From positions 1 through 34,085 of the forward strand of contig CALXNF010000010.1 in assembly GCA_944389685.1 (NCBI GenBank): DNA of 34,085 nt, written 5' to 3'. The stretch's first letter is position 1. Every line of letters starts with the position of its first letter. The translations under genes were made by a program, and so were the position numbers. The stretch comes from an uncultured Alphaproteobacteria bacterium. Lineage in GTDB: Bacteria > Pseudomonadota > Alphaproteobacteria > Rs-D84. Below are positions 15,264 to 25,669 of this stretch, in pieces. The notes below the pieces were generated by a model. The model was not told the DNA's origin. It did no database searches and saw only the letters and a list, made by a program, of their open reading frames with translations.

Positions 15264-16574
15264 TTACTTCACATCAGCTTGTTGAAAAAGCTCTTCTGGT
15301 TTTACTGCTTTTTCCTTGGTTTTGACGTGGCTTAACATAGCGTCCAAAGCTTTGCGCTCAAATATCATTCCACGTAACATTGCCAAAGCGTTTTGATTCT
15401 TGTTATAGAATTCAAATACTTGCTTTGGGTCTGGATAGCGTGCAGCTTCTGCCCATACTGCCTGTTGCAAGTCATCACGTGTGACTTCAACTTTGTTTTG
15501 GGTCCCCCACTCTGCCAAGATTAAGCCCAATTTAACACGGCGTTCTGCCTCTTTGCGCTCTTTCTTTTCGTCCCATTTATGTTCGGTACCGCAATTACCG
15601 TCGCAGTGTGCATGATTCCTATCATGTTCTTGTTTGGCCATATTCAATTCTTGTTCAACCAAAGTATCTGGTAAATCCAATTTCACTTTGTCTGCTAAGA
15701 TATCAAGCAATTCATTGCGCATTTCGCGCTTTGAAGCTTCTTCGTATTGTTCATTTAAAATGTTGCGGATGTGTTCACGTAATTTTTCAACAGATTCATG
15801 ACCGACTGATTTTGTTAATTCATCGTTTAATTCTGGTAATTTGTGTTTGCGAACTTCATGAACTTTTACCGCAAAACGTGCGTCTTTACCGGCCAAATCT
15901 TTTGCGTGATATTCTGCTGGGAATTTTACGTTTACGTCAAATTCGTCGCCCGCTTTGTGCCCGATAATTTGATCTTCAAAACCTGGGATAAATGCGCCAG
16001 AACCTAATATCAAATGATGTTTTTTTGCGGCACCGCCTTCAAATGCTTCGTCTCCAATAAAACCGTTGAAGTCGATAACGGCTGTGTCGCCATTTGAAGC
16101 TTTGTAATCATCAGCTTGCTTTTCAGCAATGCTGCGAGATTTACGTATGTTTTCCAAAGATTTTTCGACTTCGGATTCATCTAATTTTGCGGTTTTCTTT
16201 ATCACTGTAAATTTATCTAAATCAATCTCTGGTAATGTCGGCAATATATCAAAGTCCAATGTGTATTCAACATCTTTGCCAATTTCCCAACCCGCTAAAT
16301 CTACTTTAGGTGTGCCGGCTAAGCGAAGTTTCTTTTCGGCAACATAATCGTTTAAGTCTTTGTTCATCAGTTTATCAACCGCTTCTGACATTGCAGATGC
16401 GTTATATTTCTGACGCAAAATAGATAATGGAATATGACCTGGACGAAACCCCGGCATTTTTGCTTTTTTGCCGTATTCCGTCAGAATTTCGTCTGCGGCT
16501 GCTTGTAAATCAGCAGCAGAAATCTGACCGTTCACTGTGTAGTGCAAGTCTTTGATTTTTTCTTTTTTGAACAT
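15264..16574 (-). CDS. tig: Trigger factor
   Basis: N-terminal ribosome-binding signature GFRPGHIP, a central FKBP-type PPIase region (IDFNGFIGDEAFEGG...FIPGFEDQIIGHKAGD), and a helical C-terminal domain. Confidence 0.92.
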   Translation of the reverse strand: MFKKEKIKDLHYTVNGQISAADLQAAADEILTEYGKKAKMPGFRPGHIPLSILRQKYNASAMSEAVDKLMNKDLNDYVAEKKLRLAGTPKVDLAGWEIGKDVEYTLDFDILPTLPEIDLDKFTVIKKTAKLDESEVEKSLENIRKSRSIAEKQADDYKASNGDTAVIDFNGFIGDEAFEGGAAKKHHLILGSGAFIPGFEDQIIGHKAGDEFDVNVKFPAEYHAKDLAGKDARFAVKVHEVRKHKLPELNDELTKSVGHESVEKLREHIRNILNEQYEEASKREMRNELLDILADKVKLDLPDTLVEQELNMAKQEHDRNHAHCDGNCGTEHKWDEKKERKEAERRVKLGLILAEWGTQNKVEVTRDDLQQAVWAEAARYPDPKQVFEFYNKNQNALAMLRGMIFERKALDAMLSHVKTKEKAVKPEELFQQADVK

Positions 16575-16609
16575 TTGTACTTCCTCTAAAAATAATGAAT
16601 TGCTGAGTG

Positions 16610-16637
16610 ATTATACACAGTTTTTTTATAAACGCAA
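16610..16637 (-). promoter_or_regulatory. Possible tig promoter
   Basis: On the minus strand: TTGCGT, 16 nt, TATAAT, about 35 nt upstream of ATG 16574 (SD AGAGGAAG). Confidence 0.4.
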
Positions 16638-16664
16638 TACAAAGTTAACCGTTTGTTTCAAAAT

Positions 16665-16696
16665 AAAAAAATCCGCCAGTAAATGGCGGATTTTTT
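16665..16696 (-). terminator. Intrinsic terminator downstream of rpsI
   Basis: ATCCGCC-AGTAAAT-GGCGGAT with flanking A/T runs, located 12 nt past the rpsI stop. Confidence 0.75.
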
Positions 16697-16707
16697 CCAT
16701 AAACGTA

Positions 16708-17199
16708 TTAACGTTTGCTGAACTGTGTAGAACGACGTGCCTTGTGGCGACCGAAGTGCTTACGTTCAACAACACGGCTATCGCGTGTCAAGAAGCCAGC
16801 AGACTTTAACGTCTTGCGTAAATCTGGTTCTGCTTTTTCTAACGCTTTGGAAATTCCGTGCTTTACAGCACCAGCTTGACCAGATAAACCACCGCCCATA
16901 ACAATAGCGTGTACGTCATAAGCTGTTTCACGCTTTGTTATGCCAAAAGGCTGCGCGATAATCATCTGCAAAACAGGACGGCGGAAATATTCTGTCATCG
17001 GAATACCGTTTACGATGATTTGACCTTTACCAGCAATCAAGTATACACGTGCAACAGAATCTTTACGCTTACCCGTAGCATATGTCGCATTTGACAACTT
17101 TACTTCTACATCTGCTTTTTTAGCAGTCGTTTTTGCAGGGGCTGCCTTTTTAGTTGTTTTGGCTGCTGTCTTTTTCACAGTTTTCTTTTCTTCTGTCAT
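16708..17199 (-). CDS. rpsI: 30S ribosomal protein S9 (with Lys/Ala-rich N-terminal extension)
   Basis: [29 protein letters not shown], and C-terminal [11 protein letters not shown]. The ATG overlaps the rplM stop (TAATG). Confidence 0.95.
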   Translation of the reverse strand: MTEEKKTVKKTAAKTTKKAAPAKTTAKKADVEVKLSNATYATGKRKDSVARVYLIAGKGQIIVNGIPMTEYFRRPVLQMIIAQPFGITKRETAYDVHAIVMGGGLSGQAGAVKHGISKALEKAEPDLRKTLKSAGFLTRDSRVVERKHFGRHKARRSTQFSKR

Positions 17200-17672
17200 T
17201 ATTCGCCCCTTTTATTTTTACGATTCAATTCGGCAAAATTGATAACAATTGGTTTTTGTGCTTCGTGTTTGTGTTCTGCACCTGCATATACGTGTAATTT
17301 CGTCAAACGTTTGTTTGCCAAAGCAACCGCAGTGCGACGCCCCATCATACGTTTTACAGCGTTAAAAACCAATTTTTCCGGTTTTTCCTTGCGCATTTGA
17401 CCCAATGTGCGTTCTTTCGTGCTGCCGGTCCATAAAGAATGCCAAAAGAATTTCGTCTTATCAGCTTTCTTGCCAGACAAAGCAACTTTGTCTGCGTTAA
17501 TGATGATAACATGATCACCGCAATCCATGTTTGGTGTCCATGTCGGCTTGTTTTTTCCACGCAGAATGTTCGCAGTATATGCTGCTAAACGTCCCAGCGT
17601 GCAATCGGTTGCGTCAATCAGATACCATTTAGCATCTAACTCGCATTTTTTTAACGATTTTGTCGCTGCCAT
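17199..17672 (-). CDS. rplM: 50S ribosomal protein L13
   Basis: KWYLIDA...LGRLA...[24 protein letters not shown]. Confidence 0.95.
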   Translation of the reverse strand: MAATKSLKKCELDAKWYLIDATDCTLGRLAAYTANILRGKNKPTWTPNMDCGDHVIIINADKVALSGKKADKTKFFWHSLWTGSTKERTLGQMRKEKPEKLVFNAVKRMMGRRTAVALANKRLTKLHVYAGAEHKHEAQKPIVINFAELNRKNKRGE

Positions 17673-17704
17673 ATTTTCTACCTTTTATTAAATTTAGCGG
17701 AACA

Positions 17705-17733
17705 ATTATGCTCCGCCGTACCAGAAAAGTCAA
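17705..17733 (-). promoter_or_regulatory. Possible rplM-rpsI promoter
   Basis: On the minus strand: TTGACT, 17 nt, CATAAT, about 30 nt upstream of ATG 17672. Confidence 0.4.
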
Positions 17734-17770
17734 GAAAAATCGATATGGTATTATTGTACCGTATAAAGCT

Positions 17771-19423
17771 CTACATCTCTTCTGGGATTTTTAACCCCAT
17801 TAAATCAATTGCAGATGCTAATGTGTCTCGTGCGATACGTACAACAGTTAAACGTTGTGCACGTGTTTCTTCATCAATATCATCGCGTAAAATTGGGCAA
17901 TTATGATAGAATGTGTTTATTAATTGACATAAATCATAAGCATAATTTGCGATCAGATCAGTTGCCCTGTTATCAAAAGCACTTTGGATAGTGCGCTCAA
18001 AATCAAGCGTTTCAATTAATAGATTTCGTTCGTCTTCTGATAATGTCATAAGAGTTGCTTGTTGGGCTGCCCCTGCTCTTTTCAGAACGCTGTTTAAACG
18101 CACTGCTGTGTACAATATATATGGACCAGTTCTGCCTTCGAAACTTGTGATTTGATTTGGATCAAATACATAATCTGAACGGACGTCGTGTATCAAGTCA
18201 TTAAATTTTACTGCCGCTAATGCAACCGCAGAAATTGTGTCGTCGTCTAATTCTTTGCCAGATTCTTTTACGCGTGTACGCACAGCGTCGTTTACCATGT
18301 CTATAATGTCAAGTAATTCTGCAACGCCGCCATCACGAGTCTTAAAAGGTTTACCATCCGCGCCAGTTAAGGCGCCAAATCCGGTATGGAATAATTCTGC
18401 AGTGGTTAAACCCGCCATTTTTGCTACACGGAAAACTTGTTGGAAGTGCAGATTTTGGCGAGAATCCGTAAAATAACCTATTACATCTGGGGAATCTGTT
18501 TTTGTGCGATAATATATTGCAGACAAATCTGCCGCCGCATATGTCTGTGTGTCGGAACTGGTCCTGAACATTAATGGCGGCATAGGCGCTGTGTCTTCGT
18601 CTGTTTTGACGTTTACAATCATAGCTCCGTCAGATTCAACCAATAAATGCTTTTCTTCCAATATTTTTTGTGTTTCGGAAACATATGGTGCCACACCACG
18701 TTCACCCATTGTTGCATCAAACGGTAAAAGGTTTAGCTTTTTTAGAACTTCGTCCATCTGAGCCAATGAAATCTTCATAAAATCGTCATAAATCTTACGA
18801 TACTCTGGGTTGCCAGCCTGTAATTCGGCGGTAATTTCCTTTGCACGTGCCATCCAAGTGTCGTCTTCTTTTGCACGCGCAGTAGATGCAGGGTAAATTT
18901 TATTTAATTCTTCGGCATTTTTGGGCATGCCATATTCTAAAATCCAAGCTATTATCAATCCCATTGGGCGCCCCCAGTCACCAATATGATTATAGCTTTT
19001 CGTTGTATGACCTAAAAATTTTGCAATACGGTTAAATGTGTCGCCAACAATTGAAGTGCGCAAATGCCCAATATGTAAAGCTTTACCAACGTTATATCCG
19101 CCATAATCAAGATCTATTTTTTGTTTCTTTTCAGTCTTTTCGTTTCGGGGTTCGTTTGCGGCATTCCAAATAAATTCGTCTCGCAATTTTATGTTTATGA
19201 ACCCTGGACCAGCAACAGACGCGTCCGCAACAAAATCTAATTCTTTTAATTTTGGTAGAATTTCACCGGCTAGTTCACGGGGATTTTTGCCGGCACTTTT
19301 CGCCATTACCATCGCGGCGTTTGTTGAAACGTCCCCAAATGCCCTATTCCTAGGTGTTTCTAAATTAGCCGAGAAACCAAGCTTTTCATTTATAGCATTA
19401 GATACATATTTATACAAATTCAT
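17771..19423 (-). CDS. argS: Arginine--tRNA ligase
   Basis: Class I HIGH-type motif LHIGHLRTSIVGD. Arg-tRNA synthetase core. A DALR-type anticodon-binding C-terminus ending in ...EEM. Confidence 0.9.
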   Translation of the reverse strand: MNLYKYVSNAINEKLGFSANLETPRNRAFGDVSTNAAMVMAKSAGKNPRELAGEILPKLKELDFVADASVAGPGFINIKLRDEFIWNAANEPRNEKTEKKQKIDLDYGGYNVGKALHIGHLRTSIVGDTFNRIAKFLGHTTKSYNHIGDWGRPMGLIIAWILEYGMPKNAEELNKIYPASTARAKEDDTWMARAKEITAELQAGNPEYRKIYDDFMKISLAQMDEVLKKLNLLPFDATMGERGVAPYVSETQKILEEKHLLVESDGAMIVNVKTDEDTAPMPPLMFRTSSDTQTYAAADLSAIYYRTKTDSPDVIGYFTDSRQNLHFQQVFRVAKMAGLTTAELFHTGFGALTGADGKPFKTRDGGVAELLDIIDMVNDAVRTRVKESGKELDDDTISAVALAAVKFNDLIHDVRSDYVFDPNQITSFEGRTGPYILYTAVRLNSVLKRAGAAQQATLMTLSEDERNLLIETLDFERTIQSAFDNRATDLIANYAYDLCQLINTFYHNCPILRDDIDEETRAQRLTVVRIARDTLASAIDLMGLKIPEEM

Positions 19424-19445
19424 CTTTTAATACCTGATAATGTTT

Positions 19446-20726
19446 TTAGATGGGTAAAACAACCCTAACCCTTAGCCCGCCCAAGTCACTGTTTTCCAAG
19501 AATAACTGACCGCCATGGTTTTCAATTGCTGTTTGGGCGATAGACAAACCAAGTCCTGTTCCACCGGTCTTTTCACTGCGTGATTCATCAAGACGTACAA
19601 ACGGACGTAATGCGTCTTTCTTTTTGTCGTCAGGAATACCTGGTCCGTCATCTTCAATGATGACTTCAACCTGTTCATCAGAGTCTTTTTCCGTTATGCG
19701 AATTTTCTTTTTTGAATAGCGTGCGGCATTTTCAATGATATTGCTGAAAGCACGGGCCAAGGCCATTGGCCGAGCGTAAAACTGTGCGGGTTCTTCAGGA
19801 AATTCTGTTTCGATTTTCTTATCTGGTGCCGCATCACGCGCTATACGTAATAACATTGCAGGCAGTTCTGTCGTTTGTTCTATTTCGGGCATTTCACCGC
19901 GGGCAAACGCCAGATATCCATTGACCATTTCCGTCATACGGTCAATATCTTGCAATAAATTGTCTTTTGATGCTTCGCCTGTTTCAACAGCTAAACGCAT
20001 ACGAGTTAAAGGTGCTTTTAAATCATGGCTTACTGCGTTTAACATATCTGTTCTTGTGCGATTATAACGGTTTAGACGTTCTTTCATCGTTATCATGGCT
20101 GTTGCCGCTTCACGAATTTCTTTTGAACCGGTTGGTTGGAAACCCGGGGCATCAAGTCCACGACCAAAGCGCGTTGCTGCCTTTGAAATTCGGCGTATGC
20201 TGCGTGTATGCATTATAATGAACGGAGCAATCAATATTGATACAATTAATATTGAACCTATCAACCAGATTATAAATACTTCAGTACTTGTTGAGTAAAT
20301 TCTATATAACGAGGTTCCAAATGTAGTGATTTTCCCGTCGTTAGTCGGTACGTCTATGAATACTAAACGCTTTCCCTTATCGATATATATTTGAGCTGGT
20401 CGTTTTAACCTATTTGATAACTCACTGGCTAGTAATCCCGCTTCGCGTGACTCGTTATCGTTTTTGCTTGGTCGATTTAATTTCGGGTTAATGGAAACGT
20501 TTATTCCCATATCCCGTGCCATAGTGGTTGCGGTACTTATGTCCCCGTTATCTATAAAGTTCATCATTGTGACGACTTCAACGGCAAGACTTCTGGCCAG
20601 CGTTGCATGAACGCGGGTCCAATGGTTCCCAAAAAACACGTTGGCAATGATAACCTCTGCTATTATTAAAGGTATTAATATCATTAAAATTGTGCGCCAT
20701 AAAAAGCTTCGTGGTATCAATCTCAT
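19446..20726 (-). CDS. Two-component sensor histidine kinase (EnvZ-like)
   Basis: Two TM segments. H-box VSHDLKAPLTRM, N-box NIIENAARYS, G1 EDDGPGIP, G2 GGTGLGLSIA. The start overlaps the regulator gene's stop (ATGA). Confidence 0.88.
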   Translation of the reverse strand: MRLIPRSFLWRTILMILIPLIIAEVIIANVFFGNHWTRVHATLARSLAVEVVTMMNFIDNGDISTATTMARDMGINVSINPKLNRPSKNDNESREAGLLASELSNRLKRPAQIYIDKGKRLVFIDVPTNDGKITTFGTSLYRIYSTSTEVFIIWLIGSILIVSILIAPFIIMHTRSIRRISKAATRFGRGLDAPGFQPTGSKEIREAATAMITMKERLNRYNRTRTDMLNAVSHDLKAPLTRMRLAVETGEASKDNLLQDIDRMTEMVNGYLAFARGEMPEIEQTTELPAMLLRIARDAAPDKKIETEFPEEPAQFYARPMALARAFSNIIENAARYSKKKIRITEKDSDEQVEVIIEDDGPGIPDDKKKDALRPFVRLDESRSEKTGGTGLGLSIAQTAIENHGGQLFLENSDLGGLRVRVVLPI

Positions 20727-21391
20727 TTTTCTTCACCGTTACTTTTTTCGTCGGTACGGACGTTTATTAATTTATAACCGCGACCGCGTATCGTAATAAT
20801 ATCTATACCAGATAATACACCATTTAATTTATTGCGCAAGCGTTTTGCTACCATAGGTGACGCAGGTGCTATATTACCGACTGGCATAGTAAGTTGGCGT
20901 AATAATTTTTTTTCTTCACCAGATAACGGTAAAATTCGTGGCGTTGTTTCCGGTTTTTGTGGACTGGTAACAAAAAACTCTTCATCCGTAAATATAAGAC
21001 CTTTGGGTAAAGGAATTTCGTGATTAGTATTAACTTTTATTATATTGTTTAAACGTAAAATAAGCTCTTTTAGTTGAAATGGTTTGGCAAGATAATCATT
21101 TGCACCACCTGACAGACCATCTATGGCGTTTTCTGACCCGCTCATTGCGGTAAGCATTATTACAGGGGTGTCTTTCCCGTTGGTACGCAAATTTTTTAAA
21201 AAAGTTAAACCGTCTATGCCTTCCATCATGCGGTCTAGAATAATCGCATCAACTTGAATACGTTTTAATATTTCAGCTCCATGTTCTGCACTTTTTGCGG
21301 TTATAACGTTGAATTCATTGTCGCGCAATCCTCTCGCTAAAGTTTTCCGCAACATGTCATCGTCATCAATAATTAAAACCGTTTTATTCAT
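20723..21391 (-). CDS. OmpR/PhoB-family response regulator
   Basis: Receiver domain (LIIDDDD..., IILDRMM, LTA, AKPF). Short winged-helix C-terminus ending RGRGYKL. Confidence 0.88.
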   Translation of the reverse strand: MNKTVLIIDDDDMLRKTLARGLRDNEFNVITAKSAEHGAEILKRIQVDAIILDRMMEGIDGLTFLKNLRTNGKDTPVIMLTAMSGSENAIDGLSGGANDYLAKPFQLKELILRLNNIIKVNTNHEIPLPKGLIFTDEEFFVTSPQKPETTPRILPLSGEEKKLLRQLTMPVGNIAPASPMVAKRLRNKLNGVLSGIDIITIRGRGYKLINVRTDEKSNGEEK

Positions 21392-21421
21392 TTAATCGCG
21401 AGCAAAGATAGTTTGAAAAAG

Positions 21422-22345
21422 TTATTTTTTCAAAGGTTCAACTGCATATTCCCCTGGTTGAATAGTTAACATGGAATTTGTCCCGGTAATGCCTTCGTCT
21501 TCCGTAACAGCCGCCCTGAATTGCATACCTCCTGTTGTGAATTCTGTCTTAAACAATGCGTATCCTGTTCCCCCACCTGTTGTTGGCCCCTGCATACCAA
21601 GAGAATAATATCCGCCAATTATACCATAATCTAAATCTATATAATCAATGTTTACTAATAAAGAAACATTGCTTAACCCGTCACTTGTCATGTTGCAGGC
21701 AAATTCCCTGTTAGATAACGTTGCCTGGGAATTAAGCGGAATAATTATATCCATAATTGTTGGTTCACACGTACGAGAAATACCGTTAACTAAAAATTCA
21801 TAAGTCATTCCAACGGTTGCTTTTGATAAACCAGTTGAAAGAGTAACTTGTGATATTGTTGCTTTTGGAATTTTTACCAGTGCATTTGCGATGCCGCTGC
21901 GTACTGGGAAAGATATACCAGATTGTAAGCAATCACGTGAAAATGGATCCGCTTCACAAATATAAAGCCGAGAATGTTTATTCATCATAAACATATTTGC
22001 GAGGCTATTGAATAAAAATGTTCTTGTAATTCTGTCATTTAGACGAGTGCAACCGAAATTTCTACAAATTACCATTGGCCTTTCACCGAAAGATACCCCT
22101 GGGTGCATCATAGATTCTATTTGTCTTGCCTCTTCGATATTTAAATCATAGTCCAGACTGTCTGCTCTATTCATAAATTCCGTTTCTGGGATGAAATTTG
22201 GGTCGTCTGGGTACGCGTAATATGATTGGACAGGTGTTTCTGTGTATATTGTCTGAAAGTCATTATACACAATGTTTTCTGTCGCAGCGTTTGCATTAAA
22301 TGCGACCAACCCCGCAAAAATAGTCATTAAAATAAATCTAGCCAT
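21422..22345 (-). CDS. Hypothetical secreted protein (307 aa, 8 Cys in the mature part)
   Basis: Signal peptide MARFILMTIFAGLVAFNANA|A. It lies 30 nt upstream of, and co-directional with, the response regulator gene. No family motif recognised. Confidence 0.65.
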   Translation of the reverse strand: MARFILMTIFAGLVAFNANAATENIVYNDFQTIYTETPVQSYYAYPDDPNFIPETEFMNRADSLDYDLNIEEARQIESMMHPGVSFGERPMVICRNFGCTRLNDRITRTFLFNSLANMFMMNKHSRLYICEADPFSRDCLQSGISFPVRSGIANALVKIPKATISQVTLSTGLSKATVGMTYEFLVNGISRTCEPTIMDIIIPLNSQATLSNREFACNMTSDGLSNVSLLVNIDYIDLDYGIIGGYYSLGMQGPTTGGGTGYALFKTEFTTGGMQFRAAVTEDEGITGTNSMLTIQPGEYAVEPLKK

Positions 22346-22474
22346 ATCAAAGCCTTTTTTCTCTCTGATAAATTCTAGAACATTAGCGCCCTATGTGTCA
22401 AAGCAAAAATTTATGTTGAAAATTGTTTTAAGTTTGGTCTATAAGTAATATAGAAAATAAAAGGTGAAGTAAAT

Positions 22475-23134
22475 ATGGTAGATATTATGATTGCCGGTGA
22501 GGCGGGAAATTTGCATGCAGTTTATCATAAATCAGATACGCCTTCCGCACCATTAGCAGTAGTCTTATCTGGGAATCCCCGTCAAAAATATCATATGAAT
22601 GACCGTGTTTCGTATGCAATGTTTCGTGCTTTTATGGACATTGGTTTTTCGGTTGTGCGTTTTAATTATCGGGGAGTAAATTATTCTGAGGGTTCAATTG
22701 GTACGACAACAGAAAATATGCTTGATATCGCAACCGTGATAGATTGGATTCAAAACAGAAATGAAGATAGCGATAAAATATGGTTGGCGGGTAATCAGTT
22801 GGGGACTTGGTATGTTCTGCAAGCTATGATGCGCAGGCCTGAGGTATCTGGTTTCGCATTGGTATCACCTGACCCATCTGTGTCCGATTTTGCGTTTTTA
22901 TCACCTCGTCCAAATCGCGGTTTGTTATTACAGGGGGCGAACGAGTCAGATGAAGCTAAGGGTTTTGCCACGCATTTAACTCAGATATTAAAAAAGCAAG
23001 CCCAAATAGATTTAGAAACAATTCGTGTTAAAAATTCTGATGAACATTATTCTCAACCGGCCGATTTGCGTCAAATGTATAATGACCTTAAGGCATACGT
23101 TGGACGTGAAAACGCAGATAATAAGTTATTGTGA
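22475..23134 (+). CDS. Alpha/beta-hydrolase-fold protein (COG2945-like), nucleophile position not Ser
   Basis: [14 protein letters not shown] and the overall spacing resemble the short alpha/beta hydrolases. The nucleophile elbow reads GNQLG (nt 22790-22804) instead of G-x-S-x-G. SD AAGGTGA. Confidence 0.6.
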   Translation: MVDIMIAGEAGNLHAVYHKSDTPSAPLAVVLSGNPRQKYHMNDRVSYAMFRAFMDIGFSVVRFNYRGVNYSEGSIGTTTENMLDIATVIDWIQNRNEDSDKIWLAGNQLGTWYVLQAMMRRPEVSGFALVSPDPSVSDFAFLSPRPNRGLLLQGANESDEAKGFATHLTQILKKQAQIDLETIRVKNSDEHYSQPADLRQMYNDLKAYVGRENADNKLL

Positions 23135-24135
23135 TTAAAATTATGCAGAATGGTACAGAACGTTTTTTAGACCCAAATATTCCAGATGAATTGGTGGCTT
23201 CCATTCGTCCAAAGGTTTTATCTGATTTTATAGGGCATGATTCACTTAAGCAGAATTTGTCTGTATTTATCTCTGGTGCAAAAGCGCGCGGTGAAGCGAT
23301 GGATCATGTTTTGTTGTACGGCCCTCCGGGCTTAGGTAAGACCACGTTGGCGCATATTGTGGCAAATGAATTAGGTACAAATTTTCGCGCCACGTCGGCA
23401 CCTATGTTAACTAAGCAAGGGGATTTAGCGGCAATTTTAACTTCTTTGGAACCTATGGACGTGTTGTTTATTGATGAAATACATCGCTTGCCGACCGCAA
23501 TAGAAGAAGTTTTGTACTCTGCTATGGAGGACTTCAAGCTGGATATTATGCTTGGTGAGGGTCCTTCTGCAAAAAGTGTTCGTATAGATTTGCCGCCATT
23601 TACGCTTGTTGGGGCTACAACTCGTACGGGGCTGTTATCGAATCCTTTGCGGGATAGGTTTGGAATTGATTTGCGGTTGTCTTTTTATTCACCAGATGAT
23701 TTGGCCCGTATAATTGTCCGCAGCGCAAATATTTTAGGCACGTCAATTGATGAGGGGGGAGCCAAGAAACTAGCTCTTAGTGCGCGTGGGACGCCTCGTA
23801 TTGCAAATAGATTGTTAAAGCGCGCACGTGATTTTGCAACTGCTTTGGGGCAGACTGCGATTTCTGCGGATACCATAAAGACTACGTTGGTTCAATTACA
23901 TATTGATGAAAGCGGATTAGATGAATTAGACCGTGAATATATGAATGCAATTGTAAAGCACTATGCTGGTGGACCCGTGGGAATAGAAAATTTGGCGGCG
24001 GCGCTTTCAGAACCCGCGGATACAATAGAAGATGTTATAGAACCATATTTAATGCAGCTTGGGTTTATTCAACGCACTCCTAGAGGAAGGGTTGTGACAG
24101 ATGCTGGTTATGCTCATCTGGGATTGGAAAAATAG
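23131..24135 (+). CDS. ruvB: Holliday junction branch-migration ATPase RuvB
   Basis: Walker [10 protein letters not shown], Walker [28 protein letters not shown], and a winged-helix C-terminus. The start is GTG 23131 (GTGA overlap with the upstream stop) or ATG 23143. Confidence 0.95.
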   Translation: MIKIMQNGTERFLDPNIPDELVASIRPKVLSDFIGHDSLKQNLSVFISGAKARGEAMDHVLLYGPPGLGKTTLAHIVANELGTNFRATSAPMLTKQGDLAAILTSLEPMDVLFIDEIHRLPTAIEEVLYSAMEDFKLDIMLGEGPSAKSVRIDLPPFTLVGATTRTGLLSNPLRDRFGIDLRLSFYSPDDLARIIVRSANILGTSIDEGGAKKLALSARGTPRIANRLLKRARDFATALGQTAISADTIKTTLVQLHIDESGLDELDREYMNAIVKHYAGGPVGIENLAAALSEPADTIEDVIEPYLMQLGFIQRTPRGRVVTDAGYAHLGLEK

Positions 24136-24141
24136 AAAATT

Positions 24142-24768
24142 ATGAAAAATTTAGTAGATTTTTTCACTTTGGCAGAGAAGTTAGAATGTGAATACAGATC
24201 AACGCGTATGTCTGACGGTACGCAGCAATCTGTTGCATCACATTCTTGGAATATGGCGATGATGGCAATTGTTTTACAACCGTATTTAAAAACGCCAGTT
24301 GATATGGAAAAGGTTTTAAAACTATGTGCGTTGCACGATTTACCAGAAGCAATTGCGCATGATATACCGCTGCATATGCAAGATAAAGAAGTTTGTATTC
24401 AAAAACGTGAACAGGAAAATCGGGCAGTTATAAAAATAATTGGCTTGTTGAAAGACAAAGAAGTGGCTAAATGTTTTACAGAATATGACGCACGGGTTTC
24501 TCCTGAATCGAAATTGGTAAAGGCGTTAGATAGTTTAGATGCTTGCGTGCAGCATATGTGTGTAAAAGATTTGTCTTATATTAGTTCGTTTAAAGATAAC
24601 TTTTATTGGAAATTGTTTTTTTCAGATGATTTTGCAAAAAAATTTGATTTTGAACCTATATTAACTAACGTATTTAAAGAAATAAAATTACGTGCGTCTG
24701 AAAGATTAAAAAACGAACTTGGTATAGATTTTAGATGTTTTATCGGAGTTGAAAATGAAAATTCATAA
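24142..24768 (+). CDS. HD-domain phosphohydrolase (YfbR-like 5'-nucleotidase family)
   Basis: HSWNMAMMA ... LHDLPEAIAHDIP, a metal-binding H...HD...D pattern. Confidence 0.75.
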   Translation: MKNLVDFFTLAEKLECEYRSTRMSDGTQQSVASHSWNMAMMAIVLQPYLKTPVDMEKVLKLCALHDLPEAIAHDIPLHMQDKEVCIQKREQENRAVIKIIGLLKDKEVAKCFTEYDARVSPESKLVKALDSLDACVQHMCVKDLSYISSFKDNFYWKLFFSDDFAKKFDFEPILTNVFKEIKLRASERLKNELGIDFRCFIGVENENS

Positions 24769-25132
24769 ATTTCCATTTGCCATTGCATACGCAGATACGG
24801 ATGCAGGTGGTATAGTTTATCATGGAAGATATATTGAAATTGCAGAACGTGCAAGAATGGACGTGCTTCGCGGAATGAAATTTCCAGATGGCGATTTAGG
24901 TTTCGTTGTGCGTGATTTGAACATCAGGTATATAAAACCTTTGTTCTTAGCGGATACCGTTGTTGTTGAAACGACGGTTATGAAATTAGGTGCCGCATCT
25001 TTGGCAGTTGAACAAAAGTTCGTGAAAGACGGTGAAATTTGTGCTATACTTTATGCAACTGCGGCATATATTGGTGCAAATATGCAACCACGACGTATAC
25101 CAGAATGTGTTGCGGCACCTTTTAGAGAATAA
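24755..25132 (+). CDS. ybgC: Tol-Pal-associated acyl-CoA thioesterase YbgC (4HBT fold)
   Basis: YADTDAGGIVYHGRYIEIAERARMDVLR. ATG 24755 with GGAG 7 nt upstream is preferred over the tracked TTG 24749. Confidence 0.85.
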   Translation: MKIHKFPFAIAYADTDAGGIVYHGRYIEIAERARMDVLRGMKFPDGDLGFVVRDLNIRYIKPLFLADTVVVETTVMKLGAASLAVEQKFVKDGEICAILYATAAYIGANMQPRRIPECVAAPFRE

Positions 25133-25155
25133 TATAAAATAAGGGGAAAAATATA

Positions 25156-25656
25156 ATGACAAATACGTTTTCTTTATTAACGCTTTTTACCGGCGATATA
25201 ATGACGTTGTTCATTTCTTTGGTACTGGTCTTGGGTAGTATCATGTCTTGGGCAATAATTATTGAAAAAATTCGTTTGTGGCATTTTCAAAAGAAAAATC
25301 CAGTTCGTGTTAAAAATGGAGACAATCTGTCTTTAATCGCGGATAAGTTAATTCGCCCATTTGATAAAAATTTATGGTTTTTATCAATGGTTTCTTATGT
25401 TGCCCCATTTATAGGTCTGTTCGGAACTATTTGGGGGGTTATGGATTCTTTCGCTTCAATCGGGGTAAATCAATCCGTTTCAATCGGTGTAATCGCCCCT
25501 GGTTTGGCGACTGCGTTGGGAACAACTGCGTTGGGCTTAATTGCTGCGGTGCCTGCTGCGATTGCTTATCAGTATTTTAGTAAAAAATCTGATGATTTGT
25601 ATGATGCTTTGATTGAAACTTGTAAAGAATTAAAAGATAGTAAATCAAAAAAATAA
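25156..25656 (+). CDS. tolQ: TolQ (MotA/TolQ/ExbB proton-channel family), short cytoplasmic loop
   Basis: Three TM segments, signature PFIGLFGTIWGVMDSF, and the TALGLIAAVPA helix. 166 aa. Confidence 0.85.
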   Translation: MTNTFSLLTLFTGDIMTLFISLVLVLGSIMSWAIIIEKIRLWHFQKKNPVRVKNGDNLSLIADKLIRPFDKNLWFLSMVSYVAPFIGLFGTIWGVMDSFASIGVNQSVSIGVIAPGLATALGTTALGLIAAVPAAIAYQYFSKKSDDLYDALIETCKELKDSKSKK

Positions 25657-25669
25657 TCGGGGGCAGACA

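Noticed and set aside
15579-15626. The His/Cys cluster HDRNHAHCDGNCGTEH in trigger factor, considered as a metal-binding insertion.
   Set aside because: By my alignment from memory, the segment is about the same length as the corresponding loop of E. coli trigger factor. It is a compositional quirk, and I cannot support a functional claim.
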